A stretch of DNA of 64,000 nucleotides from Octopus vulgaris (taxonomy: Eukaryota): positions 41,416,001-41,480,000 of the forward strand of contig OX597831.1 in assembly GCA_951406725.2 (NCBI GenBank), read 5' to 3'. How positions within the stretch are numbered: the first letter of the stretch is position 1; each line of letters starts with the position of its first letter. Shown piece after piece: positions 41,718 to 55,380 of the stretch. Made by a program: the position numbers and the translations under genes. The notes beneath the pieces were generated by a model. The model saw nothing but the letters and a program-made list of their open reading frames with translations, did not search any database and had not been told where the DNA came from.

Positions 41718-41965
41718 CAGTGTTTCTTTACCATTTTTTTTTGTACCTATGGACCCCTTTGATTCCTATTTACACACCCGATGTTGTTTAAAAAAATCCT
41801 ATTATACTTTTATAATCAAATATTATTAGGAATTGTTTAAAGAACAAAATTTTGAAATACTTTGTGTAGTATAGAAGTATAACCGATTTATAGCACAATT
41901 TTTAACAAAATCTTATACAGACCAACCCCACCCCGGGTCATATGAACCCCGGTTGAAAACGACTG
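41718..41965. mobile_element. hAT MITE with 8-bp TSD inside an old SINE A remnant
   Basis: TSD gtttagtc at 41710-41717 and 41966-41973; homolog of 32975-33201. Confidence 0.85.
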
Positions 41966-42124
41966 GTTTAGTCGAACAAATCGCCTCCAGTATTTATCTT
42001 TAAAGCCTGATGCTTATTTTGTCGATCCCTTTTGACATAAACAAACCAACACCTTTTGTCAAGCAAATTAGGTGGGTGGGTGGGATAAACACAAAACATA
42101 TATTGATATAATATATATATATAT

Positions 42125-42465
42125 TGGCTGTGTGGTAAGTAGCTTGCTTACGAACCACATGGTTCCAAGTTCAGTCCCACTGCTTGGCACCTTGGGCAAG
42201 TGTCTTCTCCATAGCCTTGTGAGTGGATTTGGTAGACGGAAACTGAAAGAAGCTCGTCGTATATATGTGTGTGTGTGTGTCTGTATTTGTCCCCCCAACA
42301 TCGCTTGACAACCGATGGTGGTGTGTTTACTTAGCGGTTCGGCAAAAGAGACCGATAGAATAAGTACTAGGCTTCCAAAGAATAAGTCCTGGGGTCGATT
42401 TGCTCGACTAAAGGCGGTGCTCCAGCATGGCCGCAGTCAGTCGAATGACTGAAACAAGTAATAGA

Positions 42466-42466
<1 letters not shown>
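42125..42466 (+). mobile_element. SINE family A
   Basis: Near consensus, with small deletions. Confidence 0.88.
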
Positions 42467-42521
<55 letters not shown>

Positions 42522-42894
42522 GACGAGCTTCTTTCAGTTTCGCAAAGCTTTGATCGACTCGGGGCTATAGTAGAAGGCACCTGTCCAAGGTGCCGCACAG
42601 TGGGCCTGAACCCACACTGCAAAACTCGCCCCCTACACGGACAACGATCAAACTGGAAGGATGAATGGTAAAAAATCAAACCGCAGTCGTGGAAATTTTT
42701 TTTAACTTAGAAAGGCCGGAATAAATACCGCAAAGCATTCCTATCCGACGCTGTTAACGGCCCTGCCAATTCTCTCAGTATTATGTAACAATTGTTTGGA
42801 GAATAAATAATTTAGAGATGCCGATCGCATGAATAAAAGAATAACGAAGTTGGTGTTAATATCTTCAATGCAAGGAGCATTAAATAGCTAACTG

Positions 42895-43371
42895 CATATG
42901 AATATGCGGTCGCATACACACACTTATCCACACAAGCATATAAAGGCACACACACTCTTGCTCCCTCTCACACACATTCTTTCTCATACACTCTCATTCT
43001 CTCTTTTTTTTTCTCTCTCTCTCTCTCTCATTCAGAGAATATGCGGTCACACACACACTGAATAAAGGTTCACACACACACACATACACATACACATACA
43101 CACCCTTCTTTCTCTCGCCCCCTCTCTCTCTCTTTTTTACAAATGGCCACACACATATACATACACATTTCAAGGCACACAAATTCACTCTCTTTCTTTC
43201 TCACACACACACACACACACACATACATACACATACATACACTCACGTATTCTCTCTTTCTCTCTCTCTCACTTGCAGAATATGCGGCCGCACATACACA
43301 AACATGTAAAAGCATACACACATACACACGTACATACGCATACACACATACATACACTCACGCATTCTCTC

Positions 43372-43405
<34 letters not shown>

Positions 43406-43560
43406 AACTGCAGAATATGCGGCCGCACATACACAAACGTGTAAAAGCATACACACATACGCATACACACACATACATACACTCACGCACTCTCTCTTTC
43501 TCTTGCAGAATATGCGGCCGCACTTACACAAACATAATGGTACACACGCGCACACACACA
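42895..43560. repeat. Compound minisatellite with recurrent (gca)gaatatgcgg(c/t)cgcac core
   Basis: Core at ~42900, 43037, 43275, 43410 and 43505 between CT/CA tracts. Confidence 0.8.
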
Positions 43561-43625
43561 TACACAAATGCTGCCCCTCTCTCTCTCACTCACTTCTCTC
43601 CCTGCGTCTCTCTCTCTCTCCCCGC

Positions 43626-43657
<32 letters not shown>

Positions 43658-44412
43658 TCCATACACACAAACGCATACAGACTCACCAGAAGCATTAGTT
43701 AGTCACTGACAAATATCTTCATTTTCCTGGTGAAATGGCATAAAAATCCACACTGTGAGTTTTATAGTTTTATAACTGTGAGGTTGTTCAATATTGATCT
43801 TTTGAACAAGGTGTTGCTGTCGTTGTTTAGTCTTAGGTCAGTCTGATCACGTTGAAGTGAGATAAAAAAACAAAACAAAAAACAAATGCATTCCAGCTGT
43901 GACCATCTCCTTAACCACCCTCCCCCCCTGCCTCAGATATAGTATTGCGAGCAGTTTGGTTCCCAAACCCTGTGACCTTGGGTTCAATATCACCACGCGG
44001 CACCTCGGACCAGGCCCGTCGCCAGACTTTGATACCTGGGGGGAGGGGTGTGTGCTTCAGAATATTCTGGGTGGATACTAATTTGTAATAATGCTAAAGT
44101 GGAGTAAACCCGAGGGTACACCATTGAGTAGTGAGGGGGCCAGTACTGTCCAGTTGCTTTGGGCAAATGTCTTTCAGTATAGCCTCAGGCTGACCAAAGT
44201 GTTGTTAGTGGATTTCGTAGACGGGAACTGAAAGAAGCCCGTTGCGTGTACACACTTGTATTTGTGTGCCTTTGTTGTCCCTCAGGACATTTCCTGGGAT
44301 TAGAGGAGTTGCTGGTTTGATTTTCGTTGTCCTTGCACCAACGGTCTAGGAGGAGTTAACGGACATAAAAAAACATAACGGACAGAGAGACATCACTCGA
44401 ATTTACAATAGG

Positions 44413-44454
<42 letters not shown>

Positions 44455-44570
44455 TAAAAGCAATTAAGATTCAAGTCAGTTCTAGTGAATTCACTTGAAT
44501 GTGGTACTTAACTTAGATGCACCAGAAAACTATATGGTGTTAACCATACAATAATGTGGGGTGATTATAA

Positions 44571-44730
44571 ACGAGAAAGAAGCAACACGAATGGATTAGT
44601 TTTTAGTACAATTGTTTCATACAAAGACAGGCTTTATTAAAAGTTTTATTAATTTGCAACTTTTAATAAAGCCTGTCTTTGTATGAAACAATTGTACTAA
44701 AAACTAATCCATTCTTGTTGCTTCTTTCTC

Positions 44731-44732
<2 letters not shown>
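44571..44732. repeat. 75-bp-arm inverted repeat in a (TA)n-flanked element
   Basis: 44571-44645 versus 44658-44732, one mismatch, 12-nt loop. Confidence 0.9.
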
Positions 44733-44778
<46 letters not shown>

Positions 44779-45002
44779 GTACATATCTTATTGCTCTTAG
44801 CTTAGTTTTTCCTTGGGGCTGGCCAGATTGGAGCAATCTCAAGAATAAGCCGAAATTGCGAAGATAATCTGGTGCTTGACTGGAGAGGGGGAGCTTCGAA
44901 TCACCCGTCCTTGTTTTCTTTGTATTGTCTATCTGGGTGTTTTGTTGTCCCTTTTTTGTATCACCTAGCTGTCTGGATGTTTTGCGTTCTTGTCCCATTT
45001 TG

Positions 45003-45039
<37 letters not shown>

Positions 45040-45245
45040 CTGTTGTGTCTGGGGGGTGTCATTTTCTTTTTGTGCGCCTTATAATTTAATACACTCACCG
45101 GTAAAATTTCCACTTATTTCTTATTTTTATTTTCCCAAAATTTTCGTTGCGTCTTGCAACCTTTTCAATAGTCTTTTCAATTTTACCGGTGAGTGTGTTA
45201 AATTATAAGGCACAAAAAGAAAATGACTCTCCCCAGACACAACAG
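45040..45245. mobile_element. Inverted-repeat element (Penelope-like pseudo-LTR) in (TA)n
   Basis: 45040-45108 versus 45179-45245 inverted; spacer holds a hammerhead-like motif on the minus strand. Confidence 0.6.
45135..45171 (-). ncRNA. Minimal hammerhead-like motif, U3-A8 core variant
   Basis: cta-TTGAAAA-g-gttgc(aagac)gcaac-GAAA-at-TT-tgg; perfect stem II, palindromic stem III, only a 3-bp stem I. Confidence 0.45.
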
Positions 45246-45303
45246 AATATGCTTCAGCACACGAACTCATATAAAGAATCTTGCAAACCAAATCCAAAAA
45301 CGA

Positions 45304-45395
<92 letters not shown>

Positions 45396-45957
45396 TCTAA
45401 ATCATTCAAAGCTTATTAGAAGGAGATTTATTTGATAAATTTATCAGATCGAAAGACTACGTGGAGGCTTTCTTTCCACGTTGGCTTTTCCACGCTGGAG
45501 AAATTAAAGCATGTACAAGATGGATCGAACTAACAGAATTAATGTATATAATTGTGGTAGATTTGAATTCTATCTGTTGAAGGTTTCTGATTTTTGAAAG
45601 GGTCGACTGTTGGAAAGGTTCTCTGTCTTTAAATTGCTTCAAAAGTAAATTTCGAATTTCCTCACAAAAGGTATTTAGGATAAAATTTGTTATAAATTTT
45701 CTTATTTTCAACTGACAAACCATATGTGTATGCATGCGAATAGTTGTGTGTGTATGTGCGTGTGTATGTTATGCTTGTATGTATTACATATATACATGTG
45801 TGTCTTATATTTATGCTTGTGTAATCTATATTATGTGGATATTATAATATATTGGTTTCACATTTTGGCACAAGGCCAGCAATTTTAGGGGAGGGTATAT
45901 CGATAACATTGATCCCAGTGTACTGAAAGGATGAAAGGCAACGTCCATCTCGGGTTC

Positions 45958-46008
<51 letters not shown>

Positions 46009-46085
46009 GTATGTACTACGTGTCTGTGTGTTTATATGTATGTACGTGTGTGTGTGGTGTATCTATCTATCTATCTATCTATCTA

Positions 46086-46130
<45 letters not shown>

Positions 46131-46258
46131 ATAGATAGATACATAGATAGATAGATATAATGTGGGTATTAATGCACACGCGTATATATATACTTACATA
46201 TACGTACCTAACTACCTACCCTCTATTTGTATGCATACATGATATATACATACACATA

Positions 46259-46648
46259 TCTCTTTTACTTGTTTCAGTCATTTGACTGTGGTCATGATGG
46301 AGCACTGCCTTTAGTCAAGCAAATCGACTCCAGAATTTATTCTTTGTAAACCTAATACTTATTCTTTCGGTCTCTTTTGCCGAACCGCTATTTTACAGGA
46401 ACGTAAACACACCAGCATCGGTTGTCAAGCGATGTTGGGAGGGACAAACACAGACACACAAACATATACACGCACATACATATATATATACGACTTTCAG
46501 TTTCCGTCTACCAAATCCACTCACAAGGCTTTGGTTGGCCCAAGGCTATAATAGAAGACACTTGCCCAAGGTGCCACGCAGAGGGACTGAACCCGGAACC
46601 ATGTAGTTCGTAAGCAAGCTACTTACCACACAGCCACTCCTACGCCTA
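46259..46648 (-). mobile_element. SINE family A
   Basis: Near consensus. Confidence 0.9.
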
Positions 46649-46802
46649 TAAAATTAATTTAGCATCAACAGAAAAAGAACTCAATTTTTGTGCAATATTT
46701 ACTTATTACAGAGAAATTGTTGCCAGTTACTTTATAGTTTCGCCACTGATAGTTTCATCAGGTTGTGAGTTCTCTACAATGTTATAGGTGCTTAGTGGAA
46801 GC

Positions 46803-47658
46803 AAAAGGGGTTACCCCCAAAGTAACCGGAAGCGTTCTCTGTGGGACAAACCCATGTAGTTCAGGCTCTCGCCGCTAGAAGCCTCTTGATACCATCCTCA
46901 GGCATCAGTCTGCCAACCGGCGTCATCGTACTGTTGTCACGTGCTGTGTCTTTGTTTTACAGTGCTTCTCCCCTGTTCGTCGATTTTTGCGATGGCTGAA
47001 ACGAAAGAATAGTGTGCTTGTGAGAAATTCTGTTTTCTGCTGGGGAAAACGCCGGCCGAAACAGTTGTCACGCTTCAAACAGCTTACAAGGATGCTGCGT
47101 TGAGCAAACCACAAGTTTACGTGGGGTTTCCACGCTTTAGGAATGGTCACTTGTCGCGAGAAGACATCCCGAACGAATGAAAACATCGTAAAATTTCATG
47201 AATTGATCTTGGAGGACCGTCACCACGCAATCGACGAACTTGTTGATATGACTGGTGTGTCCTGGAGCTCCTGCCAACGAATTTTGAGCGAGGTATTGCG
47301 AATGAAAAGAGTTTCAGCAAAATTTGTGCTTCGCTTGCTCACGAAAGATCAAAAGCAGTCCAAACTGAAAGAACATTTGGAAGCTGATCTGAACCCTTTC
47401 TGAAGGTCATCACTGGTGACGAAAACTGGTGCTACGGAATTTGCAGATGTAGAAGAGGTGAAGACAAAAAACCATGGCGGCATTAAAAAGCATTATTTTG
47501 CAAGAGTTCCAGCGCTGCTTCGAATATTGGAAAACCCGCCTGGAGCGATGCATTACTTCAAATAGAGAATACTTTGAAGGCGATAAAAGTGTAAACATGT
47601 AAAAACTAAATGAATAAATAATATTGCAAAATTCCGGTTTCTTATGGGTACCACCTCG

Positions 47659-47660
<2 letters not shown>
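46803..47660 (+). mobile_element. Internally deleted mariner remnant
   Basis: Imperfect TIRs (gggttacccccaaagtaaccggaa / ttccggtttcttatgggtaccacctcgta); KFCFLLGKTPAET...AYKDAALS...RFRNG, AKFVLRLL, VITGDENWCYG; most of the catalytic domain deleted. Confidence 0.85.
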
Positions 47661-47702
<42 letters not shown>

Positions 47703-48055
47703 GGGAAAGTTAAAGTTAGATGACACGATTTGATGGATTGTAGAGTTCTAAAGTTAAATATACTATTTGAGAAAGAATTAATGAGGAATAGAGAGTGAGT
47801 GTGTGTGTGTGTGTGTGTGAGGTAGGACAAGAAGTGGTGAAAGGTTTGGAGATAGTTCTAAATTGTCGGCTTGTTTTCTTCAATTAGATTCCTTTGGCGC
47901 CAAATGTCCTGCAAAAGAAAACGAGCACGCACATATACACGCGCACACACACATACACTATACACACATACATACATACATACATACATACATACATACA
48001 TACATACATACATACATACATACATACATACATACATGCTGTATGTGTGTGAGTT

Positions 48056-48593
48056 TAAATGCGTGTTAACGTACTTAAACCAGTGAGTCAAAATTGATTT
48101 TTAATTGATTGAAATTGCACTCGTAACGAGGCAACCAAACAGTCTCCACGTGGTCCCTCGGTCTGCTAAAAGTAATAACCAGATCACCGTCAAATCATAC
48201 CTTAATCACAGCTTTAAAAAAATCATACCTTGAAAAAAAAAAAAAAAAATGGCAGGACGCAACGAATGTTGTAAAAACCTAGATTTCAGAAAATAAAATG
48301 GAGCGTTCGCTCGTCACCTCGTGACTTGTTGCTAGACAACAACAACGGCATTGTTTTGTTATTCTTGTATACAACGTTTTTTGTCCTTTCTCTTTCCTTC
48401 ATGAGTCAAGCTGCAACATCAATGGTATCTTGTACTATTTCTAGATGGTAAAATATGATTTGAGGTGATATGACTATTATTTTTAGCTAACCGAATGACC
48501 ACGTAGAGACTGATTGGCTCGTTACGAGCGCAATTTCAATCGATTAAAAATTAATTTTGGTTCACTGGTTTTCAGTACGTTAACATGCATTTG
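48056..48593. mobile_element. ~540-bp element with ~145-bp imperfect TIRs
   Basis: 48056-48200 is the reverse complement of ~48452-48593; the inner TIR motif (gctagaaatagcagccaaatctccctcaaatca-like) recurs elsewhere in the window. Confidence 0.75.
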
Positions 48594-48969
48594 CTCCTAA
48601 ATACCACGCATTTTGTAGACAATGAGCAAAAGAAACAGCTGCCAACGCAATAACTTAGAGGTAGGTTTCGGCCCATTATTGGCTGACTTAATAGGCATCA
48701 CTGAAATGGTCTAAGTTATGTTTTCTGACATTTTAGTCCACTATAGTACGGGTCGTTTGCCTGGTATTCTTTTAGATTATTTGAATATTATAGGGTCTTT
48801 ATTTTTGTTTTCTTCGTAATAATGTTGAATAAGACAGGACCAGTGGAGGTAAAAAAACCCCGAAAAAGTAAATTTTTGTGTGGGAGAAAAGCGTATATTT
48901 CGAGGGACAAGTTTGTGAACTTGATACCGGCATCGATGGTTTTTTTCTTTTCTTTTTTCTCTCTCTTTA

Positions 48970-49345
48970 CTCTTTTTACTTGTTTCAGTCATTTGACTGT
49001 GGCCATGCTGGAGCACCGCCTTTAGTCGAGCAAATCGACCCCAGGACTTATTCTTTGTAAGCCTAGTACTTATTCTATCGGTGTCTTTTGCCGAACCGCT
49101 AAGTTACGAGGACGTAACACACTAGCATCGGTTGTCAAGCGATATTGGGAGGGCAAACACAGACACAGATATACATATATACGACAGGCTTCTTTCAGTT
49201 TCCATCTACCAAATCCATTCACAAGGCCTTGGTCGGCCCGAGGCTATAGTAGGAGACACTTGCCCAAGGTGCCACGCAGTGGGACTGAACCCGGAACCAT
49301 GTGGTTGGTAAGCAAGCTACTTACCACACAGCCACTCCTACGCCT
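48970..49345 (-). mobile_element. SINE family A, full length
   Basis: Near consensus. Confidence 0.92.
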
Positions 49346-49815
49346 CTATCTTTTTTTTAACTTATAGGTAAAAAAATTTTTTAATGATTTTGAATTCTCG
49401 AAATGATACGAGCCTTGACATAGGTTAAGAACTGCTGTTCTGCGCAATTGCTTCCTCTGTCAGAAATAACAACCAAATCTCTCTCAATTCACACCAAGCC
49501 ACTTTAAAAAAATGGAAGGACACATTAGATTATGAAATTCTAGTTACACTGTCTGGAAATAAAACTGGATTCTTATGGGTGGAATATCTTTGAGAGTCGA
49601 TGACTTGGTTCTTTCAGCGCCGGCAACAACAGCCACAGCGACGGCTGCAAAATAAATCGTTTAAAAATCAGCTGGTTCTATTGATTGGTTCTCGAGAACC
49701 AAAAGATACATAAACTACATGCAATTCGATTAAAGATTGTGTTTCTCTTTCTCAGAGATAGAAAGCTCTGTAACGTGTGTGCGTGCGTACATATATTTAT
49801 GTGTATGTAATACAT

Positions 49816-49846
<31 letters not shown>

Positions 49847-50313
49847 TACATGTGTATATATTGTGAAGATCTAGTTGACTTGGACTTTGAAGCTGCTCTC
49901 AGTATGTAATCACACCATGAGTTATTTTTAAAATGCTTTAATACACACACGCGCGCGCACACAGACATCTGCATACATACATACATAATTGGAATATATA
50001 TATAAATAATATATATATATATAACTGGAATATATATTTAATAACTGGAATATATATATGTATGTATATATATATAGATAGATAGTATATTGAATTTTTT
50101 CTATATGGTGTGAATAACGTCTTTCACTATTGAATTGTTTAATAGAGGTTTTTCTCTAAATTATATAAATATATTACGGAGATGTACTTGCATAGCAAGT
50201 GACCTGATCTGAGATCGTGTGCTGGAACGAAAACAATTGCAGCGAGGAAGGGTGTTTATAAGCCATTTAAGAAACACACAAAATCCGTTAGATTCACTTC
50301 AACATTTAAATTT

Positions 50314-50368
50314 AATTTGCCAAAATATTTTCCTAGCTTTGAGACCGCGACCTGTTCACGGACAAAAT
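50314..50368 (-). ncRNA. Degenerate hammerhead-like motif, G3-C8 core variant
   Basis: tttgtcc-GTGAACA-g-gtcgc(ggtctcaaa)gctag-GAAA-atat-TT-tggcaaa, within an element at ~50170-50380 bounded by TA-rich sequence; stem II partly broken. Confidence 0.4.
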
Positions 50369-50474
50369 TCTGTGCTGCATATATATTCTTTTATTCTTTT
50401 ACTGGTTTCAGCCAGGGGCTGGGGGCCATGCTGGAGCACTGTGTTTTTGGGCCTCCTTTCGTTAAGAAGAAGCG

Positions 50475-50960
50475 AGTTGGACGAAGCTGCTCTTCTTTGT
50501 GCCTCCCTGCCGTGATGTGGGCTCATCTGGAATTTCAGATAGAAATTTGTCCAGCTGCTTTCTCAATGTTTCCACATCTACCCTTGCAGATTTCTTAGGT
50601 TCCTTGCTAGGACGTTAAACAGTTTTGGTTCCTTCAAAAACTCAAGCTGTTGCAATAATGGGTCCTTATCTAAGATGAAGAAGATCGTATCTTTGGTTGT
50701 ATGCAGTGCTGCCCTGTTCGGTGGTTGGTATAGCTTTTAATTCCAAAGTTGGTAGCTACACCTTCCAGAATCTTCCATATGAACATCACTGCATACTTTT
50801 CTCGCCTACTCTCCAGAGACTATAGCTTCAGTTCTTGTAATCTCTCTCAGTAGCTCATCTGTTTCACCGAGTCAGTCTTCTTTGTGTAGTGGTGCTGGAT
50901 TGCCTCATGTCCTGTCACCAAACGACTGAAGACAAATGTCCTCCATACGAGTAGCAAGGT
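50475..50960 (-). pseudogene. CR1-like LINE RT C-terminal remnant
   Basis: EAIQHHYTKK...MSY*ERLQELKL*SLESRREKYAVMFIWKILEG. Confidence 0.8.
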
Positions 50961-50961
50961 A

Positions 50962-50998
<37 letters not shown>

Positions 50999-51523
50999 CG
51001 TATGATATGATGAGAGAGACATGATAAGACGAAACGATCATATGTGTGTGTGCGCGCGCTTTCGTCTTTGTCCATTTCCGCTGTTTCATGCAGCCTTGCC
51101 TCGAAGTTAGACATTTAAGATGGACATCAATTACGCCAGCCTCACCGGCACGAAAGCATTATGGATTTCATATTTTCCTCGGATAAATTCTAAATGAAAA
51201 TCAAAAGATCAAAAACTAAACAAAACACGGTAATATAAGAAAAACAAATGGCTGCTTTGGTTTAACAACAAAATAAGATATTATAGATATGTGCGCTGGT
51301 TAAATATTTTGGGTCGCCCCTCGTTTTCAGCGATGGGCATTCTCTTGTTAGAACTACCTACGTTAAATTAACGTGTGAGTGGCTGGGTATTCCATTGATA
51401 TGGATACTCTCTTTCCTTTGCATAATTCTTAGGCCGAAGCAGTTTGACGCAATGTGTAACAAGGCTGGAACTTTGATTCATGCGAACAATCCTCTCACTG
51501 TGGGCACCACACTATATCTTATA

Positions 51524-52168
51524 CCTTTTACTTGTTTCAGTCATTAGACTGCGTCCATGCTGGGGCACCGCCTTGAAGTATATTTAGTCTGGGACTTATT
51601 CTATCAATCTCCTTTTTAAGCCTGGGACTTATTCTTTCAATCTCCTTTGGGTCAGGGACGTAAACACACCAACACCAGTTGTCAAGCGGTGGTGAGGTAC
51701 AAACACAGACACAAAGACACACACCAAAATATAGTTTCTATTATGTCAAACTATCGTATGTCCAAATTCGGCCAAATGCGTCTTTTTTTTTTTCAATATT
51801 AATTTTTGCTTGCAATATCCGGTTCTTTTGGTCAGACTATCGTATCTTCAGCTGCTTTAGATGCCAAGCTATCAAAAATTGTCAAAGTGTAGGGCAGCAG
51901 TTTCCCTATGGAATGATGAAACTATTTTTTCGTTTTCTGAAAAAAAAAAGTGTTTTGGACTTACGACACTTTTGCATGATAGAAACGATATATTGTATAT
52001 ATACGGCGGGCTTCTTTCAGTTTCCGTCTACCAAAACCACTCACAAATCTTTGGTCGGCCCAAGACTACACTAAACGACACTTGCCTCAGGTGTCACACT
52101 GTGGGACTGAACCCGGAACCATGTGGTTGGGAAGCAAGTTTCTTACCACAGAGCCACACGCCTGCACC
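51524..52168 (-). mobile_element. SINE family A with a MITE in its internal microsatellite
   Basis: Both SINE halves flank 51734-51986. Confidence 0.82.
51734..51986. mobile_element. ~250-bp MITE (copy 2)
   Basis: TIRs gtttctattatgtcaaactatcgtatgtccaaa / tttggacttacgacacttttgcatgatagaaac. Confidence 0.75.
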
Positions 52169-53112
52169 TATTATCACTCTAATTTCACTCACAAGCTTGG
52201 ATCGAGCCAAACCTACGGTAAAAAACATTTACCGAGGATATTATGTTGTGAGATCAAACACAGACCTCATGATTGCGAAGCAAATATCTTAACCATCTGG
52301 CCTTACCTGTTTCCACAGGTTAAATGTACACACATATATATAGACTCACATAAATACTCTCTCGTTGTGATTTGCAGCCCTATGACCCAAACTGACCCTT
52401 TTGTTGTTTTATACGAAATTCCATTTATTATCATATTTAAGACTACTAAAACTACATTGTCTTACGTGTCCTTTTATTTAATACAATACGGCGTGATTTA
52501 AGAGGATTTGACTGCTGTTTCTAACCGCTTGAACAGCCACAACATGATTTCCTCATTGACCTGTTATGATGAAAAATAGAGATAAACGATACAATTGGTG
52601 AGCACTATATATAAAAAAAAAGCGTTTTAGCCGTGACCATCCCGTCTTTTATTTGCGAAGCATAGTAAATCTAAGACTAATTTATACGATGTGTCTTTTG
52701 TCATTCTTTTTTTCCTTCTTTCAAGACAGTAGAATGCGTAATTTACGGGAGATTCGGTTGCTATTTTTAGCATTTGGTAGTTGACAGTTATGATGACGTA
52801 AGTCTCGTCTCTAAAGTTAAATGGCCTAGAAACAGGAAAAAAAGTTGCCTGTTGACAGTTTTATTACCTACGTCTTCCACTCTCGCCGAAGGTTTTTTGA
52901 AACAGTTTTTCACTAATACTGGCTTGGCTGTCTTGGTGTTTTTGAATAGATGGATAGATAAGGTAGGGAGGGAAGGATGGTAAAGATTGGAATAGTTAAA
53001 TGAATGGCGGGTTGCTGAAAATTATCCGAAATTTCTGAGGTCAGACTATTAACCTTCCGTACTCATATCTTCAATTCTATCTCACTTCTCTTATGCTCTC
53101 TTGCACAATCAT

Positions 53113-53150
<38 letters not shown>

Positions 53151-53777
53151 CCCTCTCTCCTTTCTCTCTCGTTCTTCCCCTCTCCCTCTCTCATTACACC
53201 GTAAACTATCTCATCTGATTAGTTCTCTATTAAAATCGATGTCTACTACAATTGTCTGTCCCAACCTTCACCACCGTCACCATCACAACGACCACCACTT
53301 TGATATCGACGACGGCAATACTGATGATGATGATGATGATGTTGATCATCATCATCATCATCATCATCGCTATCATCATCGTTGTGGTGTCGTAATCATT
53401 ATACTATTCTATCAAATTGTCATACTATTTTTCTTTGAAACATTTATATAGGTATGTATGTAGGTATACATGAATGCATTTGTCTGTTCCTCTCTCTTTC
53501 TCTCGCTTCTCTATATACATACATGCACTAACGTACACACACACACACACACACACACGCACGCACGCACATATACACAAATACACATAGACACGTACAT
53601 TTACTTAACATGTCTATTATTTACCTACCAATATCTACCAACTAACCTAATCTATTTATCTACTTTTACATTTCCTCTCCTGACCATATTTTCTATTTAC
53701 AAATTTATGTAAGAAAATATATTCATTTATTTAAGAAAAATATGTTCTTTCTTGTTTGAATACATATTTTTTAATAA

Positions 53778-54428
<651 letters not shown>

Positions 54429-54432
54429 AACT

Positions 54433-54509
<77 letters not shown>

Positions 54510-55085
54510 TGTATTATATGTATGTATGCTTGTAGTTATGTATAAGCATATGCATGGCTATGTGGTTAAGAAAACTTACTTCACATCTATGTGGGCGTAT
54601 ATGTCTCAGGTTCAGTCTTACTGCATGACACCTTGGGCAAGTGTTTTCTTCTATAATTCTGAGGTCGACCAATGATCTGTGACACACGCACACACACACA
54701 CACACACTCATGCACACACAGAGAGTTTTCTGTGTCTTTGTACTCATTGTAAGCTTGTCCTTTTAATATATAAATATCTATATATTTGTACATAAATATT
54801 TACCATCTGAAAATGTTCAGTCTTTGCTTTCTCTCTATTTACATGTATACATGTATATATATTTTGTATATCTAATTCAAGCAGTTTATTTGTTTACTTG
54901 TATCTATGTGTGTGTACCATTGTCTTGATATCCTGTGTTAGATGTAAACGGGCATCTTCTGTCATACAAGCGAAGTTGTTTGTTTCGAGTCTTTTGTGAA
55001 AAACATGTTTGGCCTTGGGCGAAATATTATCTTGCTTGGAAATAGGTTGCTTACAGGAAGAGCATCCAGCTGTAGAAAAATCTGT

Positions 55086-55380
55086 CATCATCATCATCAT
55101 TGTTTAACGTCTGCTTTCCATGCTAGCATGGGTTGGACGATTTGACTGAGGACTGGCGAACCAGATGGCTCTACCAGGCTTCAATCTGATCTGGCAGTTG
55201 CTACAGCTGGATGCCCTTTCTAACGCCAACCACTCCGAGAGTGTAGTGGGTGCTTTTAGATGCCACCGGCACAAGGGCCAGTCAGGCGGTACTGGCAACG
55301 GCCACACTCAAATGGTGTTTTTTATATGCTACTTGCACAGGAGCCAGTCCAGCGGCACTGGCAATGACCTCACTTGAATC
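55086..55380 (-). mobile_element. SINE-like family D
   Basis: Reverse complement of the 8478-8826 type. Confidence 0.8.

Noticed and set aside
44870-44915. CTGGAGA...GAAT hammerhead-like string
   Set aside because: Core substitutions at A6 and A15, and no stem I or III pairing
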